This document shows positions 47,002 to 58,131 of a stretch of 64,000 nucleotides of DNA, one piece after another. The position numbers and the translations under genes are program-made. The notes under the pieces were generated by a model. That model was not told the DNA's origin. It did no database searches and was given only the letters and a program-made list of their open reading frames with translations. Every line of letters starts with the position of its first letter. The stretch's first letter is position 1. Where the stretch lies: positions 63,669 through 127,668 of the forward strand of contig CAVRXZ010000023.1 of NCBI GenBank assembly GCA_963725105.1, read 5' to 3'. Source of the stretch: an uncultured Acidobacteriota bacterium. GTDB lineage: Bacteria; Acidobacteriota; Vicinamibacteria; Vicinamibacterales; CAVVIG01.

Positions 47002-49857
47002 ATGGCTGAAAAGAAGGGTGTCGGTCACGCCTACAACATCGACTTCCTGAACGTCGTCTTTGCGGCGTCGAGTCTGTTCCTGTTTCTGTCGGTCGTCTGG
47101 ATGGTCTGGGACGATTTCGACCGCGACTGGAAGAATACACAGCGACGCTTCGCACAGCTTCAGTATCAGGTGACGCAGGCGCAGTACCGGCAGGCGTCCC
47201 AGGCTGTCGATCGAGGGAAGCTGCAGCAGCTCCAGGGGCAGCTCGCCTCGTCACAAAAGGCGGCGGTTGCGAACCAGCAGAAGATCGACGAGGTGCAGGC
47301 GAAACTCGACGACGTCAATATTCGGCTGTACCGGGCAACGCAGGCCTACCAGTTCGCCAAGGCCACCTACGACCACGACCGGTACGATTTCGAGTCGGCC
47401 CGTGCGAACGGCCTGGGCAATCTGGCAAAGAAGGAACAGGCGGTTCAGGCGGAAGCGAAGACGCTTAGCGAGCTCAACCTGCAGATGGAGGCGAGGACCG
47501 CGGAGCGGGCGGCGGTGCAGAAGGAGCTGGGCCAGTACACCGGCCAGATCGGCTCGCTCGGTAAGCAGATCGAGGACATGCACGCCGAGCAGCTGCGTAT
47601 CCAGAAGCTGCTGGACGTGCAGGCACCAAGCCTGACGAAGGACTATTTCCGGAACGCGCCGCTACTGGACTTCATGGCGCCCACGCTCAAGGTTCAGCAG
47701 ATCATCCTGCCGAACGTCATGGACGACGTGAATTTCATTCGCGTGCCGAAGATGGATCGGTGCCAGACCTGTCACCTGGCCATCGAAAAGAAGGGGTTCG
47801 AAAAATATCCGCAGCCATTCACGACCCACCCCAATCTGTCGGCCTATATCGGCAGCGACTCGCCTCACCCGATCGATCGGGTCGGCTGTACCGTCTGCCA
47901 TGAGGGCATGGGCCAGTCGGTCAGCTTCCGGGACGCGGCCCACACACCGACCGGCGAGAAGCAGAAGGAAGAGTGGGAGAAGAAATACCACTGGGAAGAA
48001 CCCCACCTCTGGGACTACCCGATGCTGCCCGCGAAGTTGACGGAAGCTTCCTGCGCAAAGTGTCACAAGCAGCAGGTCTATGTTCCGAAGGCGGACAACC
48101 TGAACGTGGCGTATGCAACGTACGAGCGGGCCGGATGCTACGCGTGCCACAAGACCCGAGGCTTCGAAGATGTTCGGAAACCCGGCCCGATCCTGACCAA
48201 GATCGATTCGAAGTTGACGCCGGATTGGGTAAAGACCTGGATTCGGAACCCGCGTGCGGTCAAGGGCACAACCTGGATGCCGCGTATCTGGTACAACTCG
48301 AACTCCAGCGCCACCCAGGATGCGGTGCGAAACGAAATCGAAATCAACGCGGCGGTCGCGTACCTCTTCGCCAACACCGAGAAATACGAGTTCCCCGTCA
48401 AGAATCCACCGCGCGGCGATTCGAAAAGCGGGGAGAAGATTGTGAAGTCGATCGGCTGTCAGGGCTGTCACGTGGTCGGGGAGGGCGCGCGAACAGAGGT
48501 CGGGCCGCATAGAACGTTCGGTCAGCCGCTCGAGAACATCGGCAACAAGACGACCTACGAATGGGTCTTCAACTGGGTCCGTGACCCGAAGCACTACAAC
48601 CCGGCGACCTACATGCCCAACCTGCGTCTGACGGATCAGCAGGCGGCGGACGTTGCGGCCTATCTGATGACGCTGAAGCAGACCTCGGAGGGGGATGCTG
48701 CGAAAGCAACGTTCACGGACAAGGACGTCGACGCGGTGCTGCTCGACTACTACAAAGCGGCCATGCCGGTGGAAGACGCAAAGGCTCAGGTTGCCAAGCT
48801 CGACGCCAAAGCCAAGGAAGTAGCCCTCGGGCAGCGCGTCATCAGCCGGTACGGCTGCTTCGGCTGCCACGACATCAAAGGATTCGAGAAGGCGCAGTCG
48901 ATCGGCACGGATTTGTCTGAAGAAGGCAGCAAGCTCGTCACCCGGCTCGACTTTGCGTTCATCACTGAGGTGCCGCACACGTCCAAGATCGGCTGGTTCC
49001 GCACGAAGCTCCACGACCCGCGGATCTTCGACAAGGGTCGCGTGCTGGAGCCACTCGACAAGCTGCGCATGCCGAACTTCGACTTCACCGACGTCGAGGT
49101 TGAGCGCCTCGTGACTGCAATCATGAGTTTCCAGCGCGAGATTCAGCCGGTGGCGGCCTGGGCGCCGCGCTCGGCAAGGGCGGATGCCGTTGGCCTCGGC
49201 CGGACGCTCGTGCATCGCAGGAACTGTGTGGGCTGTCACATCATCGAGGGTGATGGCGGTGACTTCCTCAAACTGGTCGCGGATCCTTCGCTCGGTCCGC
49301 CGATGCTCACGCCGGAAGGGGCGCGTGTGCAGCCAGACTGGCTGTACGCGTTCCTGCGCGGTCCCATCACGATTCGACCCTGGCTCGACGTCCGCATGCC
49401 GACGTTCGGGCTCGACGATCCGAATTTGAACGGCGTGATCAGGTACTTTGGGGCCGTATCGAATACGGTCGGTCCCTTCCAGACGCACGAAATCGTTCGA
49501 GCATCGACCGCTGATGCTTCGGGCAAGCAGTTGTTCGAGACGTTGAAGTGCCAGCAGTGTCACGTGCTGGGAGCGGTCCCGAAGGATCAGCCGACGGCCA
49601 ACCTTGCACCGGATCTTCGAATGGCGTCGGACCGGCTGCAGCCGGAATGGATCCTTCAGTGGCTGAAGAAGCCGTCCGAGATTCTGCCGGGTACCCGGAT
49701 GCCTGCGTTCTGGCCGGATTACCCGAAGTCCTTCTATCCGGCATTCAACGCCGATGCGGAGGCGCAGATTCGGGCGATTCGGGATCATCTGCTGACGTTC
49801 AAGGGGGGGCCGACACCGCGGCGCAGCGCGTCGGCGGCCGCTGTCAGCGCCAATTAG
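47002..49857 (+). CDS. Membrane-anchored multiheme cytochrome c (8 CxxCH)
   Basis: TM, long coiled coil, then CQTCH CTVCH CAKCH CYACH CQGCH CFGCH CVGCH CQQCH. Confidence 0.92.
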   Translation: MAEKKGVGHAYNIDFLNVVFAASSLFLFLSVVWMVWDDFDRDWKNTQRRFAQLQYQVTQAQYRQASQAVDRGKLQQLQGQLASSQKAAVANQQKIDEVQAKLDDVNIRLYRATQAYQFAKATYDHDRYDFESARANGLGNLAKKEQAVQAEAKTLSELNLQMEARTAERAAVQKELGQYTGQIGSLGKQIEDMHAEQLRIQKLLDVQAPSLTKDYFRNAPLLDFMAPTLKVQQIILPNVMDDVNFIRVPKMDRCQTCHLAIEKKGFEKYPQPFTTHPNLSAYIGSDSPHPIDRVGCTVCHEGMGQSVSFRDAAHTPTGEKQKEEWEKKYHWEEPHLWDYPMLPAKLTEASCAKCHKQQVYVPKADNLNVAYATYERAGCYACHKTRGFEDVRKPGPILTKIDSKLTPDWVKTWIRNPRAVKGTTWMPRIWYNSNSSATQDAVRNEIEINAAVAYLFANTEKYEFPVKNPPRGDSKSGEKIVKSIGCQGCHVVGEGARTEVGPHRTFGQPLENIGNKTTYEWVFNWVRDPKHYNPATYMPNLRLTDQQAADVAAYLMTLKQTSEGDAAKATFTDKDVDAVLLDYYKAAMPVEDAKAQVAKLDAKAKEVALGQRVISRYGCFGCHDIKGFEKAQSIGTDLSEEGSKLVTRLDFAFITEVPHTSKIGWFRTKLHDPRIFDKGRVLEPLDKLRMPNFDFTDVEVERLVTAIMSFQREIQPVAAWAPRSARADAVGLGRTLVHRRNCVGCHIIEGDGGDFLKLVADPSLGPPMLTPEGARVQPDWLYAFLRGPITIRPWLDVRMPTFGLDDPNLNGVIRYFGAVSNTVGPFQTHEIVRASTADASGKQLFETLKCQQCHVLGAVPKDQPTANLAPDLRMASDRLQPEWILQWLKKPSEILPGTRMPAFWPDYPKSFYPAFNADAEAQIRAIRDHLLTFKGGPTPRRSASAAAVSAN

Positions 49858-49951
49858 GGCAGGTCGGGCGGGTGGGGCAGGTGGGGTGATCGGCCCGGCG
49901 CCCTACCCGGCGCCTACCAGGCCCACCCGCCCTTCCTGCCTCACCTGCCCC
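49856..49951. repeat. Inverted pair of 9-mer arrays (GGGCAGGTN / NACCTGCCC)
   Basis: G-rich arm at 49856-49886; C-rich arm CCTACCAGG CCCACCCGC CCTTCCTGC CTCACCTGC CCC. Confidence 0.88.
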
Positions 49952-49963
49952 CTATAATCTCAA

Positions 49964-50482
49964 ATGCTCCGTCCGTATCGCGGCGTGCTTCCGCGCGTCC
50001 ATCCAACCGCCTTTATCGATGACAGCGCCCAGATCATTGGCGATGTCGAAATCGGAGAAGAGAGCAGTGTCTGGATGTCCGTCGTCATGCGTGGCGACGT
50101 CCATAGCATTCGTATGGGTCGCCGTTCCAACGTGCAGGACGGGACCATCGTGCACGTGATGAACCGGACGCATCCGACAACGATTGGCGATAACGTGACC
50201 GTCGGACATCGGGCGCTGCTGCACGGATGCACCATCGAGGATCGGTGCCTGATCGGGATGGGCGCGATCATCCTGAATGGCGCCCACATCGGGTTGGGCT
50301 CGATCGTCGCAGCGGGATCGCTCGTGCTCGAAGAGATGAAGGTGCCTGGCCGCTCGCTTGTCATGGGAAGCCCGGCCAAGGTAAAGCGCCTGCTGACCGA
50401 TGCCGAGGTGGAGGATATCCAGGCGTACGCCGATCGGTACGTGGGTTACCGCCTGGACTACATGGGCGGGACAGGCAGGTAG
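49964..50482 (+). CDS. Gamma carbonic anhydrase family protein (YrdA-like)
   Basis: IIGDVEIG, RGDV, NVQD, VGH..LHGC hexapeptide repeats. Confidence 0.93.
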   Translation: MLRPYRGVLPRVHPTAFIDDSAQIIGDVEIGEESSVWMSVVMRGDVHSIRMGRRSNVQDGTIVHVMNRTHPTTIGDNVTVGHRALLHGCTIEDRCLIGMGAIILNGAHIGLGSIVAAGSLVLEEMKVPGRSLVMGSPAKVKRLLTDAEVEDIQAYADRYVGYRLDYMGGTGR

Positions 50483-50508
50483 GGCCGGTGAGGCGGGAAG
50501 GGTAAGGA
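50464..50508. repeat. G-rich 9-mer array overlapping the stop codon
   Basis: GGGCGGGAC AGGCAGGTA GGGCCGGTG AGGCGGGAA GGG. Confidence 0.7.
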
Positions 50509-50509
50509 A

Positions 50510-51839
50510 TTGTCAACGAAGCCACCGGGAGGCACGCGAGACTTCTTGCCGGCCGACATCCGCCGCCGGGAGCACGTCATTGGTGTCGTCCGCGAGGTGT
50601 ACGAGAGCTACGGCTTCGAGCCACTCGAGACGCCGGCGTTCGAGAACATCGAGACGCTGCTGGGCAAGTACGGCGACGAAGGCAACAAGCTGATCTTCAA
50701 GATTCTGCGGCGCGGCGAGCACGAGGGCAGGGGGGAGGCCGATCTGGCCCTCCGGTACGACCTGACTGTTCCGCTGGCGCGCGTAGTTGCGCAGTATCAG
50801 CACGAGCTGCCGCGCTTTTTCAAGCGATACCAGATACAACCGGTCTGGCGTGCGGACCGTCCGGCGCGCGGGCGGTTCCGCGAGTTCTATCAGTGCGATA
50901 TCGACGCCATTGGCACGACGTCGCTCACGGTGGAGGTTGAGCTGCTGACGGCGGTGAACGAAGTGCTGGAGCGGCTCGGATTCAACGATTTCGTCATACG
51001 TCTCAATCATCGTCAGCTGCTCGCCAGCCTTCTTCGAGCTTCCGGGATTCCCGCTGCGCTCCATGACGATGCGCTCGTGGCGATCGACAAGCTGGACAGG
51101 ATCGGGCGGACCGGAGTGCAGGCAGAGCTCATCGCCCGGAACGTGGGAAGCGAGGCCGCGTCAGCGTGTCTCGAGATGTTTCAGGCGGAGTTTCCGACGG
51201 ACGTGCAGCGATGTCTCGGCGGCGATGAGCAGGGTCTTCAGGCTCTCGAGCAGCTGCAGGCGCTTCTCGGAGTTGGCAGGGAGCGGCACAGCCAGCCGGA
51301 TACGCGTCGACCCAAGTCTCGCGCGCGGCTTGTCGTATTACACGGGAACGATCATGGAGATTGCGGTACCCGACCTGGCGGGCAGTCTCGGCGGCGGCGG
51401 CCGTTACGACCATCTCATCGGGATGTTTCTGGGCCGCGACGTGCCGGCCTGTGGGTTTTCGCTCGGTCTCGAGCGCATCATCGTTGTCATGAACGAGCGC
51501 GGCATGTTTCCTGCGAGCGTGGTCGATGGCGGCGTGGACGTGATGGTGACCGTCTGGAGCCAGGAAACGTCCGGTGAGTCGCTTGCGCTTGCATCCGATC
51601 TGCGCCGCAGCGGGCTCCGCGTCGATGTCTATCCTGAACCGGATAAGCTCGGGAAGCAGTTCAAATACGCCTCATCGCGTCAGGTCCCATTCGTCGCAAT
51701 TCTTGGCGACGATGAGCGTGCGCGCAGTGAAGTGTCGATCAAGGACCTGCGAAGCGGTGATCAGACCACGATGACCAACGCCGAGGCAGGGCGCTTCATC
51801 CTGTCGCGGCTCGGACCGAGTCCCTCAGCGGAACCCTGA
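50510..51839 (+). CDS. hisS: Histidine--tRNA ligase (frameshift near 51270)
   Basis: GTRDFLP, LRYDLTVP, RADRPARGRFREFYQCD, LARGLSYYTG, GGGRYD, GLERI. Confidence 0.95.
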
Positions 51840-51870
51840 ACCTTGAACGATTGAACCTGGAACCTGAATC
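51831..51870. repeat. 7-mer array (GAACCYT-like) overlapping the hisS stop
   Basis: GAACCCT GAACCTT GAACGATT GAACCTG GAACCT GAATC. Confidence 0.75.
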
Positions 51871-51876
51871 ATCGAC

Positions 51877-53644
51877 ATGCCTGAGCCTCTTGGCGATTTG
51901 ACCCGGACGCATACCTGCGGCGACCTTCGGCCGGCCGATGTCGGTGGCAGCGCGACACTGCTTGGCTGGGTTCACCGGATCCGCGACCTGGGCGGCGTGA
52001 CGTTTCTTGACATCCGCGACCGAAGCGGCATTTCGCAGGTCGTCGTGCGTGATGATGAGGCCTTGTCGGCGGTCGCGAAGCGGCTGCGGGCCGAATACGT
52101 CGTAGCCATCGAGGGCGCGGTGCAGCGACGGGCCGACGAGACCGTCAACCCCAAGCTGCCGACGGGGCAGGTGGAGGTGCTGGCGCGCCGGATCCATGTG
52201 TTGAATGAGGCCAAAACGCCGCCATTTCCAATCGCGGACGAATCCCACGTCTCAGAAGAGATGCGACTACGTGCGCGGTATCTCGATCTCCGCCGGACGC
52301 GAATGCAACACAACGTGGGACTTCGCCATCGTGTCACGATGGCGGTACGGAACTATCTCGACTCGCAGGGCTTCTGGGAGATCGAGACGCCAATGCTCAC
52401 CAAATCGACCCCGGAAGGTGCCCGCGACTATCTGGTGCCGAGTCGGGTGCATCCGGGTGAGTTCTACGCGCTGCCGCAGTCACCGCAGACTCTTCAAGCA
52501 GATTCTGATGATTGCCGGCATGGATCGGTACTTTCAGATCGCGAGATGCTTCCGCGACGAGGATCTGCGCGCAGATCGCCAGCCGGAATTTACGCAGATC
52601 GACATCGAGATGTCGTTTGCGCGGCCCGAGACCATCATCAACCTGATCGAATCGCTTCTGGGGCGGGTGTTCCGCGAAATTGGCGTCGACGTGTCGGTTC
52701 CGTTCCGTCGCATCCCGTACAAGGACGCGATCGCGCGGTACGGCTCTGATAAACCGGATCTGCGCTGCGCTCTGGAAATCCAGGATCTGTCAGAGGTGTT
52801 TCGCCAGTCGGTCTTCCGCGTCTTCAGTCAGATCATTGCGCAAGGTGGCGCGGTCCGGGGCTTCTGCGTGCCCGGCGGCAATCGGTTCACGCGGAGCCAG
52901 CTCGACGCGCTGGTCGATCGCGCCAAGGAGATGGGCTTCAGCGGCCTGATCTGGGTCAGGCCGGGCGAGCCGCCGAGTAGCGCGGTGAAGGCGCTCGAGG
53001 AGGGCGCGCTGCGACAGGCGCTCGCCAGTGTGGGTGCGACGGCGGATGATCTGCTGCTGCTGGCGGCAGGCCCCGGAGGCGCGACGTCCATCCTGCTTGG
53101 CCAGCTTCGCCTGGACATCGCGAGGCGGGAGAACCTGATACGAACCGACGCCTGGGAGTTTGCGTGGGTCGTGGAGTTTCCACTGGTAGAGTGGCACGCA
53201 GAGGACGCCAGGTGGTACTCCGTCAATCATCCGTTCACGGCGCCCATGGACGAGGATCTCGTCTGGCTCGATACCGAACCCGGTCGTGTGCGGGCGAAAG
53301 CATATGACGTCGTGCTGAATGGGTGGGAGGTTGGCGGGGGCAGCATCCGAATCCATGACATGGCGCTGCAGCACAAGGTCTTTACGAAGGTGCTGGGCAT
53401 TGCGGAGGAGGACGCGCGTCATCGATTCGGGTTCTTCATGGACGCGTTGGAATATGGGACGCCGCCTCACGGTGGCATCGCGCTCGGGCTCGACCGTCTC
53501 ATTGCGCTTCTGGCCGGCGAATCCTCTATCCGGGACGTGATGGCCTTCCCGAAGACCGCCGCCGCTGAGGATCTGATGGCAGGGGCCCCGTCAACTGTCG
53601 ACATCAAGCAGGTCAGGGAGCTGCACCTCAAGGTTCAGCCGTAG
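51877..53644 (+). CDS. aspS: Aspartate--tRNA ligase (frameshift near 52490)
   Basis: RTHTCG, TPEGARDY, LPQSPQ/LFKQ, CFRDEDLRADRQPEFTQ, PPHGGIALGLDR. Confidence 0.96.
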
Positions 53645-53687
53645 GGGCAGCTTTGTAGCACAATAAGATAGACATGATTAAGCCTTG

Positions 53688-54678
53688 ATGAAGCGCATCA
53701 ACGTCCCGCAAGCGGGGATCGAAACCCTGTTTGGCGCGTACGACGAGAATCTCAAACACCTCGAATCGCTGTTCAACGTTCGGATCCGAACGCACGGTCA
53801 TGAGCTCCTGGTCGATGGCGACTCCCCGGACCTGGAGAGGGTCGATCGTGTTGTCGGGCAGCTCTCGTCGCTGATGCAGGCTGGCTACAAGCTGTCGAAC
53901 TCGGACGTGCGGACGGCGTCGGATCTGTTCGCGCAGGACGAGTCTGTCGACTTGCATGACCACTTTCTCAAGGGGAGCCTGACGTCCGCCGGACGCCGCC
54001 GGGTGGCCCCCAAGACCGTGACGCAACGCCGGTACCTGGAGGCGATCGAGCAGCACGACATCGTTTTCGGAATCGGCCCCGCCGGGACGGGAAAGACCTA
54101 TCTGGCGATGGCACAGGCGGTGGCGTTCCTGACCGCCAAGAAGGTGAGCCGAATCATTCTGGCGCGCCCGGCCGTCGAAGCAGGCGAGAAACTCGGGTTT
54201 CTGCCGGGGGACCTGCAGGAGAAGGTGAATCCCTACCTGCGACCGCTTTACGACGCCCTGTACGACATGCTGGACGTGGACCGAGTGGCCCGGTATCTCG
54301 AGCGTGGCACGATTGAGATTGCCCCTATCGCGTTCATGCGGGGCCTGTACGCTCAACGATTCGTTCGTCATTCTCGATGAGGCCCAGAACACCACGTCCG
54401 AGCAGATGAAAATGTTCCTGACGCGGCTTGGCTTTGGCGCAAAAGCGGTGATCACCGGAGACATCACCCAGATCGACCTGCCGTTCGGCCGCACGTCGGG
54501 GCTGGTCGAGGCGATGAAAGTCGTTGGCAACGTCGAGGGCATTGCCTTTGTGCGCTTCGACGAGCGCGACGTGGTTCGCCACAAGCTTGTCCAGCATATC
54601 GTGAAGGCGTACGAGGAGTACTCCAACGGAGCCCGCGACAGCCGGCCCACGGCGAGCGCTGGGCGCGACTCTTCGTAA
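53688..54678 (+). CDS. phoH: PhoH-family ATPase (frameshift near 54345)
   Basis: [44 protein letters not shown]. Confidence 0.94.
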
Positions 54679-54683
54679 GAACC

Positions 54684-55238
54684 ATGTCTCCTGATGGGCA
54701 ACGAACCGCGCTTGAGTCCACGAGGTTGCGTGTGCTGGTGGGCGACGAGGACGGACGCCCGACCGGATTGGGGCTCGCCCGATGGCTGGTCCGCGTCGCG
54801 CCGGTTCGCGCGCGCGGCACGGTCAGTGTTGCGCTGGTCAGCGATACCAGAATCCGACGGTTGAACCGCCGTTACCGGGGCCGAGACTCGGCGACCGACG
54901 TGTTGAGCTTCCCCGGCGATGGGAACGCGGTGCGCGGCGCGTGGCTGGGAGATATCGTCATCGCCGTCGGCGTGGCCGGCCGCCACGCCCGCGAGGCCGG
55001 GCACACGCGGGAGACCGAGCTCCGCGTTCTGGCTTTGCACGGACTGTTGCACCTCCTTGGGTACGATCATGCTCATCCGCGTGACGGAGGGCGGATGCTC
55101 CGCGTGGAGAGAAGACTGCGCCGGAAGGGTGGCCTCCGCGAAGGCCTCATCGAGCGCGCGTGCGGTTCTGGCTACGCCGAGGGCGTCGGCCCGAAGGCGT
55201 CGGGCGCGGGGGTGGGGCCCCGCGCAACTAGGAAATGA
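54684..55238 (+). CDS. ybeY: rRNA maturation endoribonuclease YbeY with repeat-derived C-terminal extension
   Basis: LNRRYRG..ATDVLSF, LGDIVI, HGLLHLLGYDH. Confidence 0.92.
   Translation: MSPDGQRTALESTRLRVLVGDEDGRPTGLGLARWLVRVAPVRARGTVSVALVSDTRIRRLNRRYRGRDSATDVLSFPGDGNAVRGAWLGDIVIAVGVAGRHAREAGHTRETELRVLALHGLLHLLGYDHAHPRDGGRMLRVERRLRRKGGLREGLIERACGSGYAEGVGPKASGAGVGPRATRK
55174..55225 (+). repeat. Structured dispersed element copy 3 (inside the ybeY 3' end)
   Basis: ACGCC-GAG-GGC-gtcg-GCC-CGAA-GGCGT then GCGCGGGG-GTGGGG-CCCCGCGC. Confidence 0.78.
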
Positions 55239-56497
55239 CTCCGCTTCTGATCTTCCTTCTGGCGTGCCTGGCCGTCTACCTTGGCACGATTGAGGCGGCG
55301 TTCAGCGCCTTGATGCGCCTGTCGCTTCGCTTGAATGCCGAGCGGAGCGATCGACCCGGGCGGCTTGGCAGGTATCTGGACAATCCGCTCCTGCTGCTGG
55401 TTCCGATTCGGTTCCTGCTCGGAGTCGTTACCGCGACAGCCACCGCTCTACTCGCCCGGGCGATCGGAGTGAGCGGAGCCCATACGATCACTCTCGTGGT
55501 TCTGAGCATCGCCGCCTTCGTGGTGGTTTGCGAGCTGCTTCTGCCGGTAGCCATTGTGGTTCGCGGTCCCGAGCGCGTGCTTGAGTTGCTGCTGCCGTCG
55601 TTTGCACCTGTCGCCGCGGCGCTGGGGCCCATGGCGAGATGGATCGGGCGATCGATGAATCGGGCGAAGCGCGAGCAGCCTCTTGCCACTTCGGACTCCG
55701 ACGAGGCGCCCGAGGCAGTGGCCAAGGCGCCCACCGAAGAATTCGGCCAGGAATCGGAGCCTGAAAGTGCCGCGGACGGTGAAGAGCGGCGGCTCTTGCA
55801 GAGCATCGTTGATTTCGGCGACACACTGGTGCGCGAAGTGATGACGCCGCGTCCTGACATTGTGGCGATTCGAGAAGAAGCGACAATCGGCATACTGCGT
55901 GAGCTCTTCCGCGAGCAGGAATACTCGCGGTTTCCGGTCTACAAAGGGAGTCTCGATAACATCGCCGGGTTCGTATACATCAAGGATCTTGTGCTGCTCA
56001 ACGCGGGGGAGGATGACCGGCCGATTCGCGGGCTCATCCGGCCAGCCGTTGTGGTGCCGGAGACCAAACGCGTTCCCGAACTGTTGAAGCAGTTTCAGCG
56101 TCAGCAGATCCAGTGCGCGATTGTCGTTGACGAATATGGCGGCACCGCCGGTCTTGTCACCATCGAGGATCTTCTTGAGGAGATCGTGGGGGAGATCCGG
56201 GACGAGTACGACGTGGAATCGGAACAGATTGTCGACGAGGGTAACGGGCGTTTCGTGTTCAGCGGCAAGATCGATATCGACGAAGTGGCCAGGCGGCTCA
56301 ATGTTCAGATCGAGCGTGCCGGCTTTGAAACGCTGGGCGGATACCTGATGTCGCAGCTGGGTCGCGTTCCCACCGTCGGGGAGCGGTTCGACGTCGATGG
56401 GCTGTCGGTGGAGGTCCTGGACGCCGAGCGCCGCAGGGTGACGAAGGTCCGGATGTTCCGGGGCGAGGAGACGGCCAACGAGCCGTCGCCGGCATAG
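55235..56497 (+). CDS. HlyC/CorC (CNNM-CBS-CorC) family transporter
   Basis: TM region, [40 protein letters not shown], CorC domain. Confidence 0.92.
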   Translation: MTPLLIFLLACLAVYLGTIEAAFSALMRLSLRLNAERSDRPGRLGRYLDNPLLLLVPIRFLLGVVTATATALLARAIGVSGAHTITLVVLSIAAFVVVCELLLPVAIVVRGPERVLELLLPSFAPVAAALGPMARWIGRSMNRAKREQPLATSDSDEAPEAVAKAPTEEFGQESEPESAADGEERRLLQSIVDFGDTLVREVMTPRPDIVAIREEATIGILRELFREQEYSRFPVYKGSLDNIAGFVYIKDLVLLNAGEDDRPIRGLIRPAVVVPETKRVPELLKQFQRQQIQCAIVVDEYGGTAGLVTIEDLLEEIVGEIRDEYDVESEQIVDEGNGRFVFSGKIDIDEVARRLNVQIERAGFETLGGYLMSQLGRVPTVGERFDVDGLSVEVLDAERRRVTKVRMFRGEETANEPSPA

Positions 56498-56499
56498 CG

Positions 56500-57411
56500 A
56501 TGAAGTTTGGCAATGTCTGCCTGATCGGCCGGCCGAATGCAGGAAAGTCGACCCTGCTCAACCGGCTTGTGGGTGCCAAGATCGCAATCGTCTCGGACAA
56601 ACCGCAAACCACCCGGACCAGGATTCTGGGCGTGCGGAACTACGAGGATGCTCAGGTGGTCTTTCTCGACACACCGGGCATCCATCGCCCGCTTCATCGG
56701 CTGAACGTCCGCATGGTCGATTCGGCGGTCGAGGCAATGTCCGCAGTGGACGTGGTCGGATTGGTGGTCGACGTCGGCGAGCCACGGGGAAAAGGCGACC
56801 GGTACGTGTTGGAGCTCGTGAAGAGGGTCAAGGTGCCCGTCTTCCTGATCTTGAACAAGGTCGATCTCATCCGGAAGTCGAAGCTGTTGCCGGTCATCGA
56901 GGAATTCTCACGGGCCGGTCAGTTTGCCGAAATCGTACCTGTGTCGGCGGCGACAGGTGAAAACGTCGATCGGCTTGAGAAGGCGCTGATTGCTCAGCTG
57001 CCTGAGGGCGAGCCGATGTATCCGGCTGATTATCTGACCGACCAGCCGGAGCGGGTTCTTGTCGCAGAAATCGTCCGGGAAAAGCTGCTGCAGTTCACGC
57101 GGGATGAAATCCCGTTTGCGAGCGCGGTCACGGTCGAGCGGTGGGAGGAACCTGAAAGAGAGGCTGACGGCCCGGCGGCCATTCTCCGGGTCTACTGCAG
57201 CATTCTGGTGGATCGTGAATCCCAGAAGCCGATTGTAATTGGCAGGAGCGGCGAGATGATCAAGCGCATCGGCACCGCCGCCAGACTGGAGCTGGAGGAG
57301 TTCTTCGGCGTCCGCGTGTTTCTTGATCTGCACGTCCGCGTCCGCGCCGAGTGGCGGGAAGACGAGCGACTGCTGAACGAGATCGGCGTTGGTCGAAGCG
57401 GCGGAGGCTGA
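56500..57411 (+). CDS. era: GTPase Era
   Basis: GRPNAGKST, QTTR, DTPG, NKVD, KH domain VIGRSGEMIKRIG. Confidence 0.97.
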   Translation: MKFGNVCLIGRPNAGKSTLLNRLVGAKIAIVSDKPQTTRTRILGVRNYEDAQVVFLDTPGIHRPLHRLNVRMVDSAVEAMSAVDVVGLVVDVGEPRGKGDRYVLELVKRVKVPVFLILNKVDLIRKSKLLPVIEEFSRAGQFAEIVPVSAATGENVDRLEKALIAQLPEGEPMYPADYLTDQPERVLVAEIVREKLLQFTRDEIPFASAVTVERWEEPEREADGPAAILRVYCSILVDRESQKPIVIGRSGEMIKRIGTAARLELEEFFGVRVFLDLHVRVRAEWREDERLLNEIGVGRSGGG

Positions 57412-57461
57412 TTTCGGGCGGCCGTCAGATGTGATAGGGTGAAGTGCCTCGTCTTGTCGGC

Positions 57462-58103
57462 ATGCCGCTGTTCACCACCGAAGCGTTGATTCTCCGGTCC
57501 TACAAACTCGGTGAGTCGGATCGGATCGTCGTGTTTTTGACCCGCGATCGGGGCAAGAAGCGCGGCGTGGCCCTCAATGCGCGTCAGAGTCGGCGTCGTT
57601 TCGGGGGCGCGCTCGAACCGATGACCTGCGGGCGCGTCTCGTACCTGGAACGCGAGCGTCGCGAGCTCGTGAGGATCGATTACGTGGACCCCTCCCGGTC
57701 GCCGATGGCCGCCGTTGATGGCGAGGCGCTCGGATACGCGGGATACTTTGCCGAGCTCATTGACGAGTGGGCGCAGGAGGCCGATCCGAACGAGCCCTTG
57801 TTTCGGCTTGGTGCCTCGATCGTTGAAGCCATGGCCCGGGGCGTCCCGATCGAGCCGCTGGCGCGCTACTTCGAGTTCTGGCTGCTGCGGCTCCAGGGCG
57901 TCTATGACCCGGACGACAGGCTGTCCGCAGAGGCGAAAGCATTTCTCGCTGCGGCCCGGACCAGCAGCCCGTTCACTCTGGGCGAGCTGACGGTCTCCGC
58001 CCGGGCGCTGCATGAGATCGAGACGATGCATCGAGGACTCATCACGCTGCACCTGGAGAAGGATCTGAAGTCCGCGCGAGTGCTGCGAGAAATGCGGAGA
58101 TGA
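57462..58103 (+). CDS. recO: DNA repair protein RecO
   Basis: [26 protein letters not shown]; era-recO synteny. Confidence 0.9.
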   Translation: MPLFTTEALILRSYKLGESDRIVVFLTRDRGKKRGVALNARQSRRRFGGALEPMTCGRVSYLERERRELVRIDYVDPSRSPMAAVDGEALGYAGYFAELIDEWAQEADPNEPLFRLGASIVEAMARGVPIEPLARYFEFWLLRLQGVYDPDDRLSAEAKAFLAAARTSSPFTLGELTVSARALHEIETMHRGLITLHLEKDLKSARVLREMRR

Positions 58104-58131
58104 CCGAGCGCGTGCCGGAACCGACCTCATC

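Noticed and set aside
58104..58131. T-box riboswitch before glyQS
   Set aside because: Spacer is only 28 bp.
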